From assembly GCF_006345805.1 (NCBI RefSeq), contig NC_043001.1, positions 87,606,001-87,670,000 on the forward strand: a DNA stretch of 64,000 nucleotides, read 5' to 3'. This DNA is from Octopus sinensis (taxonomy: Eukaryota). Positions 1 to 11,357 of this stretch are shown here, piece after piece. The translations under genes and the position numbers were made by a program. The notes beneath the pieces are model-generated. The model was not told where the DNA came from. It was given only the letters and a program-made list of their open reading frames with translations, and searched no databases. Every line of letters begins with the position of its first letter. The first letter of the stretch is position 1.

Positions 1-46
1 GGTTGGTAAGCAAACTACTTACCACACAGCCACTCCTGCGATACAC

Positions 47-282
47 TTTATTTAAAGCAGCAGAAAATTCAACAAAACCTGTTACTCTGAGTTTCACGTT
101 GCCGTTCATCGGACAGTTTTTGCTAGAATGGAACCGATTAGCAAAAACTGTCCGATGGACGGCAACGTGAAACTCAGAGTAACAGGTTTGTTGAATTTTC
201 TGCTGCTTTAAATAAACATATTACTCTACCACTGGTAATTGAGTACTCTTTTTCCACCTTGTTTCACATTTATGTTTACTCC

Positions 283-290
<8 letters not shown>
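47..290. mobile_element. Foldback element with a hammerhead-like motif in each arm plus a one-sided tail (Penelope-type remnant, inferred)
   Basis: Palindrome 47-216 with a 13-nt loop and only 1 mismatch plus 1 indel between arms. Each arm reads CTGT-CCGATG(A/G)-ACG-GCAA-CGT-GAA-ACTCAGAGT-A-ACAG. Confidence 0.7.
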
Positions 291-331
<41 letters not shown>

Positions 332-429
332 ATACATATATATATACACACATACACATATATGAATATATATATATGTACATGAATATACAATCACATA
401 TATTGTATATGCGTGCGCGTGTATATATA

Positions 430-777
430 TATCTTTTACTTGTATCAATCATTTGACTGTGGCCATGCTGGAGCACCACATTTACTCGAGCAAATCTGAC
501 CTCATTCTTTGCAAGCCTAGTACTTATTCTATCGGTCTTTTCTGCCGAACCGTTAAATTACGGTGACGTAAACACACCAGTATCGGTTGTCAAGCGATGT
601 GGGGGGGGGGGGCAAACACAGACACACGAACATATAGACACATATATACGACGAGCTTCTTTCAGTTTCCGTCTACCAAATCCGCTTACAAGGCTTTGGT
701 CGACCCGAGGCTATAGTAGAAGACACTTTCCCAAGGCGCCACGCAGTGGAACTGAACCGGTAGCCATGTGGTTCGTG

Positions 778-790
<13 letters not shown>
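430..790 (-). mobile_element. tRNA-headed SINE, family A
   Basis: Reverse complement of the full-length copy at 61045-61420. Confidence 0.85.
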
Positions 791-866
<76 letters not shown>

Positions 867-1109
867 ATATATATGTATGTGTGTATATATATGTGTGTGT
901 GTATATATATATATATGTATGTATGTGTATATATATGTGTGTGTGTATATATATATGTATGTGTGTATATATATGTGTGTGTGTATAGATATATATATGT
1001 ATGTATGTGTATATATATATGTATATATATATATGTATATATATATATAGTATATATATATATATGTATATATATGTATATATATATATATAATATATGT
1101 ATATATATG

Positions 1110-1204
<95 letters not shown>

Positions 1205-1226
1205 ATATTATATATAATATATGTAT
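780..1226. repeat. (TA)n/(TG)n microsatellite
   Basis: Seen directly; source of the spurious YI/VC ORFs. Confidence 0.95.
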
Positions 1227-1440
1227 GCGCAATGGCCTAGTGGTTAGGGCAGCGGACTCGCGGTCGCAGGATCGCGGTTTCGATTCTCAGACCGGGCGTT
1301 GTGTGTGTTTATTGAGCGAAAACACCTAAAAGCTCTACGAGGCTCCGGCAGGGGGTGGTGATCCCTGCCTGTACTCTTTCACCACAATGGCGGTGCCCCA
1401 GCATGGCCACAGCTCAAGAGCTGAAACTGGAAAAACAAAA
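1227..1440 (+). mobile_element. tRNA-headed SINE, family B head and body joined to a CR1-type LINE tail
   Basis: A-box TGGCCTAGTGG and B-box GGTTTCGATTC; matches 62866 onward up to ctttcaccac, then switches to ggcggtgccccagcatggccacag...ctgaaac. Confidence 0.75.
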
Positions 1441-1449
1441 CAAAAAACA

Positions 1450-1689
1450 AAATATATATATGTATATATATGTATATATATATATATATATATATAGGAT
1501 ATATTATATATAGATATAATATATAGATATATTATATATATATGGATATATATATATATATAATATGTATATATATATGATATATATATTAATATATATA
1601 TATATATATTATGTATATATATATATAGATATATATATATATATGTATATATATATTATATATATATGTATTATATAGATATATATATG

Positions 1690-1721
<32 letters not shown>

Positions 1722-1817
1722 GTATATAATAATATATATAATATGTAATATATATATATAATATATATGTATATATATATATGTATATATATATATTATT
1801 GTGTATATATATATATG

Positions 1818-1889
<72 letters not shown>

Positions 1890-1943
1890 GTGTATTATTA
1901 TGTAATATGTATATATATATATATGTAGTATATTATATATATT

Positions 1944-1981
<38 letters not shown>

Positions 1982-1988
1982 TGTATGT

Positions 1989-2035
<47 letters not shown>

Positions 2036-2264
2036 ATATATATATATGATGATATATATATATATATATATAATATGTATATATAGCTAATTATATAATA
2101 GTATATGTATATATATATATATATATATTATGTTATATATATGTATATATCTATATATATATTATATGTATATATACTATATTATATGTATATATATTAT
2201 ATTATGTAGATATATTATATATATATATATATATATCTATGTATATATGATTATATATATATAT

Positions 2265-2299
<35 letters not shown>

Positions 2300-2306
2300 T
2301 ATATAT

Positions 2307-2342
<36 letters not shown>

Positions 2343-2430
2343 ATATATATGTATATATATATATATATATAATATATATGTATATATATATATATATAAT
2401 ATATATATATTATATATATATATATAGATA
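1450..2430. repeat. ~1-kb degenerate (TA)n microsatellite
   Basis: Seen directly. Confidence 0.95.
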
Positions 2431-2488
2431 TGTTGATTCGCTAGCCTCTGCACGCATTTTTTTTCTCTCCTTGTTTTCTTTCTGTGTA

Positions 2489-2525
2489 TCTTTCTGCTGA
2501 GAGCGTAGGCTCGAAACGTAAAAGA
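2489..2525 (+). ncRNA. Minimal type I hammerhead-like motif with an A6-to-C core substitution
   Basis: TCTTT-CTGCTGA-GAGC-GTAG-GCTC-GAA-ACGT-A-AAAGA: stem I 5 bp, stem II 4 bp, palindromic stem III. Confidence 0.6.
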
Positions 2526-2745
2526 CTTGTTTATTTATATTCCTGAGCGCCATACTAATACAATTGTTTGTTTGATTCCACCTGCCTTCGTCTTTTGTTT
2601 ATTTTCATAAAGCTTCCCGTTATATATTATATATTAACTAGGGCAGGAGTGACTGATTTGTTCGACTACAGTTAACGCTCCAGCATAGGTGCAGTCAAAG
2701 TAAAAGAATATAATATATATGTATGTATGTATATGTATGTATATG

Positions 2746-2837
<92 letters not shown>

Positions 2838-2928
2838 AGACAGACAGACACATATGTGCACGTATAAATGTATACATATTTGTGGTAGACGCAAACTGAG
2901 GAAAAACTTCCTTTTGTAACCCTGCCAT

Positions 2929-3258
2929 GAAATTTTTTTCTTAAATTACATATGGTGGAAAATTGATTTCCTACTATGTCTTATAAATAATAAGGAAGTC
3001 ATAAAAATTTAAAATGTCTATTTAAAAACTTTATTTTTGTATTATGTATGTTCATGTCCCAATTTGCCTAACGTTAAGGCCAAAATTGCTTAACTCTATG
3101 AAATTTACCTAAACTTGGGACATGAATATACATACATAATACAGAAACGAAGTTTATTTTTAATAGAAATTCTTAATTTTAATGACTTTTTCATTATTAT
3201 TATAAGACCTAGTAGGAAATCAATTTTCCACCATGTGTAAATTAAAAAAAAAAACTTT
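2929..3258. mobile_element. Foldback/MITE-like element with ~130-bp imperfect inverted arms and a 52-nt spacer
   Basis: aaattacatatggtggaaaattgatttcctacta...ttcatgtcccaa pairs with ttgggacatgaa...tagtaggaaatcaattttccaccatgtgtaaatt. Confidence 0.7.
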
Positions 3259-4074
3259 TATGTGGGGGCGGGATAAAAAGAAGTCTTTCCCAAACTGATA
3301 AAACCCGTCATGTGTGTGTGTGCGCGCATGTCCCCCACCACTGCTCGATAACCGGTGATGTGTTTGTCACCGTAACATAGCTGTTCGGCAAAAGAAACCG
3401 ATATAAGTACCAGGTTTTAAAAAATAAGTACTGGGGTCAGTTCATGCAAAAGTTCTTCAAGACAGTGTCCCAGTATGAACACAGTCTAATGACTAAAACA
3501 AATGACATATATATAGAGAGTAACTGCTGCATTTGTTGAGTATATAAACAGTTTGGCTACTTGTTTCTCTGGAGACTGTCAGAATGATGTGGACACCTCT
3601 GATGAGAACGTAATAAGGTTTGAAAATCGATCAAGGTTGTTCATCATTTTTTCAGTCTGTGGGAAAATGGTTAAAATTTGCCCTGTTTATAATTATACCA
3701 TATGTCATATATGTATATATATATATATATATAAATAAAAATAAACGCGCCCTTTTTTAAAGCCTAGCCAGGCTCCTGCCAGTCCATCGCAGCGTTACTC
3801 ATTTTTGACAGCTGAGTGGACTGGAGCAACGTGAAATGAAGTGTTTTGCTCAAGAACACAACGCGTCGCCCGGTCCAGGAATTGAAACCACAATCTTACG
3901 ATCATGATGCTGTCACCCTAACCACTAAGCTATGGGCCTACACACACACACACACACACATATATATGAGAGGATTTTTTATTGCCCATAAGGAGCCAAT
4001 ATAGATGGGACAACACAAAGACATGTGGGGACATATAACACAAAACTTAAATTATATATGAGAAGCATCTAAAT

Positions 4075-4275
4075 GCAAAACAAGGTGGAAAAAATAGTAC
4101 TCCAATACCGAAGAATAATAGGCTTTTTTATTAAAGATGCAAAAACATCACAAAAAACTGTTACTCAGAATTTAACATTTCTGCTCATCAAACAGTTGTG
4201 ATTAAGACTGTCCAACAAATGGAAGCGTGAAACTCTGAGTAACAGTTTTCCATGATGTTTTTGCAGCTTTAATAA
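4075..4275. mobile_element. Older, diverged copy of the 47-290 hammerhead foldback family, tail on the left
   Basis: Inverted arms share actgttactc(a/t)gag and tgaaactctgagtaacag with the 47-216 element; 4075-4125 resembles the reverse complement of the 217-290 tail. Confidence 0.65.
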
Positions 4276-4305
4276 TAAAATATACATATATATATATATA
4301 TAAAT

Positions 4306-4546
4306 ATAGATAAATTAAGAAATGGAGTCAAACACAGGCGTTATTCAAATCTTTATACTTCCAACATATGTTTTGAAGAAAACATTGATATTATTCTGGA
4401 GGGAATAAAATGATGTAAACAATACAATCATCTCATCAGAAGAAAAAAAGAGAAGGAATAATATGAATGCTTTCTTCGAAACATATGTAGGAAGAATAAA
4501 GATTTGAATAACACCTGCATTTGACTCCATTTCTTAATTTATCTAT
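4306..4546. mobile_element. Palindromic element with ~91-bp arms and a ~59-nt spacer
   Basis: atagataaattaagaaatggagtcaaa...aacattgatattattc is inverted relative to gaataatatgaatgc...tttgactccatttcttaatttatctat. Confidence 0.75.
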
Positions 4547-5014
4547 GTTAAACAAAAACATTTCTCTTAACCATGGAATTTCTACTTTTATATGTAGGGT
4601 CTAATATCCTTGGCACTTATGTGAGTTCTTGCTAAACTGGTAGCTATTTATTTTTTTTTTCTGTATTATTTGTACACTTTGAAGAAATAAACATACATTT
4701 ATATACATTTGGATTAACTTTATATATATATTTTGCAACCAACGAATCTAGTCAACACACAAGACGGCCATTATGGTCCCCCTCCACACAAAACACCACC
4801 ATGTGGACTCTGTTGAGACTAGTAAGAAACAATTATGAACTTTTTTATTACACTTAACTTTTTTTTAAATATTTTAGATAAGGTTCGTTCTTTTCAAGAA
4901 CTGAAACATGTGAAATCTCTAAGAAAATTAAAATTTATCTTATATAGTGGTGTTTTCAAACTTCTTTTTTATAAATATATACCCACTTGTATGCCACCAA
5001 CACTTTATATATAT

Positions 5015-5420
5015 ATATATATATTCTTTTATTTGTTTCAGTCAGTTGACTGCTGCCATGCTGGAGCACTGCCTTCAGTCGAACAAATCAACCCCAGGAC
5101 TTATTCTTTGTAAGCCTAGTACTTATTCTATCAGTCTCTTTTTGCTGAACCACTAAGTTATGGCAATGTAAATACACCAGCATCAGAGGTCAAGGGATGG
5201 CGGCGGGGGAGGACAAACAGACACACAAACATATACATATATATATATACATATATGACAGGCTTCTTTCAGTTTCTGTCTGCCAAATCCACTCACAAGG
5301 CTTTGGTCAGCCCAGGGCTATAGTAGAAGATACTTGCCCTAGGTGCCAAGCAGAGGGACTGAACCTGGAACCATGTGGTTGGTAAGTATGCTACTTACCA
5401 CACAGCCGCTCCTGTGCCTA
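5015..5420 (-). mobile_element. SINE family A
   Basis: Homologous to 61045-61420 in reverse. Confidence 0.85.
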
Positions 5421-5461
5421 TATATATATATATTCTCTTATTCTTTTATATGTCTCAGTCC

Positions 5462-7350
5462 AATGACTGGAGCACCACCATTGTAATCATCTTTCCACTT
5501 TCCACCTTTGTCGGAGCAACTTCTGGTGAAGGATGGAGTTCGATGCTACTGCCCTCTTTTGAGTTTCTTGCTTAGATATTGGCTCATCTGGGATCTTGGC
5601 TAGCCAGAGGTCAAGTTCACATTTGAAAATGTCTACATCCACTCCATGGAGGCTTCTCAGATGCTTTGGCAGACAGTTAAACAGCTGTGGGCCCTTGAAA
5701 CCCAAGCTATTGCAGTACATTGTCCTTTCCCGAGATGAAGCAGTCAGCACAATGGGAACAGCACAGTGACATCCTGTTCGTGGTCTGGTATAGCTCGTTA
5801 TTCCAAAGTTTAGTACCAGTCCTTCCAGTATCTTTCATATATATATCACTGCATACCTCTCCCGCCTTCATTCCAGGGAATAGAATTGCAGCTCTTTCAA
5901 CCTGTCCCAGTAACTCAATCATTCCATTGATGCAACTTTCCTTGTGTAATGTTGTTGGACTGCTTCAGGCTCTACTATCGTCCTTGTAGTATAAGGTGAC
6001 CATAGCTGAGAGCAGTAGTCCAGGCGGCTGAGGATAAATGACTTCCACAGTGTCATCATAGTTTCTTGGTCCCTTGTGTGGAAGGTTCTCAGAATCCAAC
6101 CAGCCAGTCTTCTGGATACCGCTATCATTTTGTTGATAGGTGTGTGAAATGAGGCATGTGTGTGAAATGCTCATTTCTATTCCAAGATCACGCACTGTAT
6201 TTGATTCTGGGATCGTTGCTCCACTTGGTCCAATGTACTGATGTCATGATTCCTGAGCAGTACTTAACTGGTAGTGGAGGGCCTGGAATTTACTTGCATT
6301 AAATTGCATGCTGTTATCCTCAGCCCATGTATAGATGGCATCCAGATCCTTCTGCAAGAGCATAGCATCAGAGGTCTCCTTGACTGACTGTACGATTTTT
6401 GTGTCGTCGGCATAGCTGGTAAGCATGACTACCTTTGTCACTGATAGCATATCCGATAGGGCTACCATGCAAAGCAATGGCCCCAGCACAGTGCCCTGGG
6501 GCCTCCACTCACTATCGGTGTCTCTGTGGAGAGAGCTCCATTGGCTGCTACAGTTTGGCTCCTGTCATTTAGGAAATCATGCAGCCACTCTCCGACTTTA
6601 CCTGTGATGCCAAGTCCCTGTATTTTGTGGCATATCATTCCATGGTCAACCTTGTCAAATGCCTTAGCAAAGTCTAGGTATACCACATCCACTTTTGAGC
6701 AGTTCATTAATTGCTTCAATACCCAGTCATAGTGTCACAGAAGCTGTGTAAGATAGCTCCTTCCCAGGCGAAAACCATGTTGGGTGTCAGAGAGCAGGTC
6801 ATTGTCCTCAAGGAACTCAATCAGTCTCTTCCTGACAATGCGCTCCATGACTTTACTGATGTGGGAGGTCAGGGAGACAGGTCTATTCCTAGCCTCTGCC
6901 CTGCTTCCTCCCTTATGGATAGGGCATATTATTCCCTCTTTAATTTTTTGGGGAGTTTCCCCATCCTGAGGGACTCCTGGAAAAGGATTTGAAACAGTCT
7001 AGCTAGAGCTCTTTTAAATTTATTTAGGAGGATTGCAGGGAATCCATCAGGGCCCATTGCCGAGTTCGAGCTCAGCTTTTCAATGGCTGATATCACATCA
7101 GTTTCCTCTATGTTGATGTTATCAATAGTTGCCATTTCACAATGCGTGTCTTCGGGGTCAAAGAACCTATCCGGCACATTCACTCGCAGCTTCCCCAGCG
7201 GTATGCTGAAAGCACTCTTGTATTGTGCATTCAGTAATTCACTGATTCTCTGGGGGTTTGCAGCTGGTGAGCCATTTTTATCTAGTAGCGGTCCTATTTT
7301 GTAGCGCATTGAAGCAGATACTTGCGCATATCTATAGAAGGCCTTTCTTG
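5462..7350 (-). mobile_element. 5'-truncated, frameshifted CR1/L2-group LINE (reverse transcriptase and 3' end)
   Basis: ORF fragments with KAFYRY, VVYLDFAKAFDKVDH, LGPLL and YADD, SRLDYCSQLWSP, PDEP motifs; 3' tail ggtggtgctccag at ~5470. Confidence 0.9.
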
Positions 7351-8850
7351 CAAGTGGTAAGCTCCAAGTCAAATTGAAAGAGGGGGTAATATGCCCTATC
7401 CATAAGGAAGCAGAGCAGATGCTAAAAATTATAGTCCTATTTCTCTGACCTCACACATCAGCAAAGTCATGGAACGAATAGTCCGCAAGAAACTAATCAT
7501 GTTCCTTGAAGAAAATGACTTGCTGACTGACATCCAGCATGGATTTCGACCAGGTAGAAGCTGCCTAACACAGCTCCTGCAACACTATGACTGGGTGTTA
7601 AAACAGCTAGTAAATGGCTCAAATGTGGATGTGATCTCGACTTTGCAAAAGCCTGATTTGTCACAAACTGCATGGACTCGGCATACGCAGAAAACTTGGA
7701 GAGTGGCTGCACAACTTCCTAAAAGATAGAAGGCAGGCACTTGTGGCCAATGGAGCCACCTCCAAGGAAACACATAACAAGTGGTGTTCCACAGGGCACT
7801 GTCTTGGGGCCACTGCTGTTCATAGTGGCTCTTTCAGACATGCCCTCAGTTGCTAAGATGGCCACCCTTGCAAGCTATGCAGATGACACAAAAGTCTCCC
7901 ACACAATACAAAACCCTGGAAATATTACACATCTGCAACAGGAGTTGGATACAATATACAGGTGGGCTGAGGACAACAACATGCAGTTTAATGCCGGTAA
8001 GTTCCAGGCCCTGCACTACCGGCACACAAAAGTAAACGACATGCAGACTGGATACACTGGCCCGGGAAAAATTGTAATTCCTGAGTCAAAATCAGTGCGT
8101 GACCTGGGCATTGACATGAGCAATGATGCATCTTTCCAAGTGCATATTACTAATTTTGTGATAAAATGCAGACGGCTAGCTGGATGGATTCTCCGAACTT
8201 TCAGAACAAGAGAGAAGGAGACACTGATGGTCCTGTGGAAAACTTTCGTCCTCAGCCACTTGGACTACTGCTCCCAACTATGATCACCACACAATATAAA
8301 GCTAACAGCAGAACTCGAAGCAATTCAAAGAAGCTACACTAAGAAGATCGTCTCAATGCAACATATCAGTTACTGGGAAAGACTGAAAGTATTAAAACTC
8401 TTCTCCCTAGAGTGAAGGCGGGAGAGATATGTGGTGATATACATCTGGAAAATCCCGGAGGGTCTTGTCCCAAACTTTGGCATTGAATGTTACCCCAACC
8501 ACAGAACGGGGCGCCACTGCATGGTGCCAAAGATTCCAACATCACCATCAAAATACAGGACCAGATACTGCAACAACTTGGGTTTCAGAGGACCACAGCT
8601 CTTCAACATCCTCCCTAAATGCCTGAGAAACCTGCATGGTGTGGATGTGGGCTTCTTTAAAACTAAACTGGATCTCTTCTTGTCGGGGGTCCCAGATGAA
8701 CCTACCTCTCGGCAGGAGACACAGATGCCAGCAGCGGCATCGAACTCCCTTGTTGACCAAGTGCCACGTATCAGAGGTGGATTCACATACTAGTGTAGCT
8801 CATTCAGCGGTGGTGCTCCAGCATGGCCGCAGCCTTCGGGCTGAAACATT
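7351..8850 (+). mobile_element. 5'-truncated CR1/L2-group LINE, head-to-head with the previous copy
   Basis: QHGFRPGRSCLTQLL, SGVPQGTVLGPLLF, YADDTK, LDYCSQL, VPDEPT motifs; ends in gcggtggtgctccagcatggccgcag...ctgaaac. Confidence 0.92.
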
Positions 8851-9004
8851 TTTAAGGATTTATATGAATATATATATATATATGCTAGCATGGAAAGTGG
8901 ACGTTAAATGATGATGATGATGATGCTATATTATTTTTATTTTTATGTTTTGGTTTATGTTTTTCATTGTTTGATTTGCCTAATAGTAGTGGTTTTATCT
9001 CTAA

Positions 9005-9037
<33 letters not shown>

Positions 9038-9174
9038 CAAATGTGAGGATAGAATTCTTTTCGAAAAAAAATTATTTTCTCGAAAAAAATCTTATCAATG
9101 GCCAGCATATTAAAAAATACCTTTAACGGTTAAATTTATAAACAATTCATAAATGAGGGCAAATATATATATAT

Positions 9175-9213
<39 letters not shown>

Positions 9214-9286
9214 ATATATATATATATATATATATATATGAATATATATATATATATATATAATATATATATATGAATATATATAT

Positions 9287-10160
9287 ATGCCCTCAGCCAT
9301 GCAGAGAGCCACGATCACAAGTTATGCAGATGATACAAAAGTTTCACAGGTAATACAGAACCCTGAAGACACTATGCACCTGCAATGTGAGCTGGACAAA
9401 ATATACAAGTGGGCTGAAAAGAATACCATGCAGTTCAATGCTGAAAAGTTTCAAGCTTTATGCTATCAGCATGCAAAACTAAATGCAATACCCAATAAAT
9501 ACACTGAACCTGGAGGGATTGCAATCTCAGAGGCACAATCAGTGTGAGACCTGGGTATTTACATGATTAATGATGCAACCTTTCATAAATTGGCAATGAA
9601 ATGTAGGCAGCTGACTGGATGAATTCTTAGAACTTTTAGAGCAAGAGACCAGGAAACCATGATGGTCCTCTGGAGGACACTTGTCCTAAGCTACTTTGAC
9701 TATTGCTCTCAGCTATGGTCACCAACCAGTGTCAAATTAATCACAGAACTTGAGGCGATCCAACAAAGCTACAGGAAGATAGCCTCTGTGCAGCATATAA
9801 GCTATTGGGAAAGACTCAAGAGATTAAGACTCTATTCCTTAGAGCGTAGGTGAGAAAGATATGCCATAATATACATCTGGAAGACCCTGGAAGGACTTGT
9901 CCCAAATTTTGGCGTCGAGAGTTACACATATACTAGAACTGGGCGCCACTGCATAGTGCCAACGACTCCAAATTTGCCATCAAGATGTAAGACAAGATAC
10001 TGTGATAGCCTGGGCTTCAGAGGTCCACAGCTCCTCAATATCCTCCCGAAGGACCTGCATGGGTTGGATGCAGATGTCTTTAAAATAAAACTGGATCTCT
10101 TCCTGTCAGGTGTCCAAGATGAACCAACTTCACGGCAGGAGGTGCAGATGAGGGCACCTC
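9287..10160 (+). mobile_element. Third CR1/L2-group LINE fragment, flanked on both sides by (TA)n
   Basis: YADDTKV, FDYCSQLWSP, GFRGPQL, QDEPT motifs. Confidence 0.88.
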
Positions 10161-10218
10161 ATATATATATATATATACATATGTGTGTATATATATATAT
10201 ATATATTCATATGTATAT

Positions 10219-10252
<34 letters not shown>

Positions 10253-10268
10253 CACATATATATATGAA

Positions 10269-10311
<43 letters not shown>

Positions 10312-10319
10312 TATATATG

Positions 10320-10695
10320 AAATCAGAATCAAAATCGAAATCGATCAACATTAATGGAAATTGTAGCTGTGATACCAGTGCCGGTGGCACGTAAGCGAAC
10401 CATCCGAACGTGGCCGTTGCCAGCGCCGCCCCGACGGGACACCGTGCCGGTGTCACGTAAAAAGCACCATCCGATCGTGGCCGTTGCCAGCGTCACCTGG
10501 CCCCCGTGCCGGTGGCACGTAAAAAGCACCCACTACACTCACGGAGTGGTTGGCGTTAGGAAGGGCATCCAGCTGTAGAAACATTGCCAGATAAGACTGG
10601 GCCTGGTGCAGCCTTCTGGCTTCCCAGACCCCAGTTGAACCGTCTAACCCATGATAGCATGGAAAGCGGACGCTAAATGATAATGATGATGATGA
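10320..10695 (+). mobile_element. SINE/RTE-tail family C with internal tandem modules and an (ATG)n tail
   Basis: Repeated gtgccggtggcacgtaaaaagcacc modules; ends catggaaagcggacgctaaatgataatgatgatg. Similar copies at 16110-16470 (-) and 59150-59525 (+). Confidence 0.75.
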
Positions 10696-10699
10696 TATG

Positions 10700-10720
10700 A
10701 ATATACATGAATATATATTC

Positions 10721-10753
<33 letters not shown>

Positions 10754-10838
10754 ATATGTCCATATATATATGAATATACATGAATTATATATTCATATAT
10801 ATATATATGAATATATGTATATATTCATATATGTATGT

Positions 10839-10880
<42 letters not shown>

Positions 10881-11130
10881 GCTCCAGCATTGCCACAGCA
10901 TTTAGACTGAAACAAAAGAAATAAATATTACATATATATGTACACACATGTCTGTATGTGTGTGCGTATATATATATATGCACATATACATATATATATA
11001 TACATATATATATGCATATATATATACATATATATATGCATATATATATACACATATATATACATATATATATATATACACATATATATATATATATACA
11101 TATATACATATATATATATATATAATATAC

Positions 11131-11183
<53 letters not shown>

Positions 11184-11214
11184 CATATATATATACATAT
11201 ACATATATATATAC

Positions 11215-11257
<43 letters not shown>

Positions 11258-11262
11258 TATAC

Positions 11263-11293
<31 letters not shown>

Positions 11294-11312
11294 CATATAA
11301 TATATATATACA

Positions 11313-11357
<45 letters not shown>

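Noticed and set aside
3553-3738. Candidate second exon for the SAM-like gene (minus-strand acceptors near 3658 and 3684) or a plus-strand ORF
   Set aside because: The stronger acceptor gives an immediate stop in the required phase; the weaker one gives a short frame with no good donor. The region also contains a hammerhead-like repeat motif.
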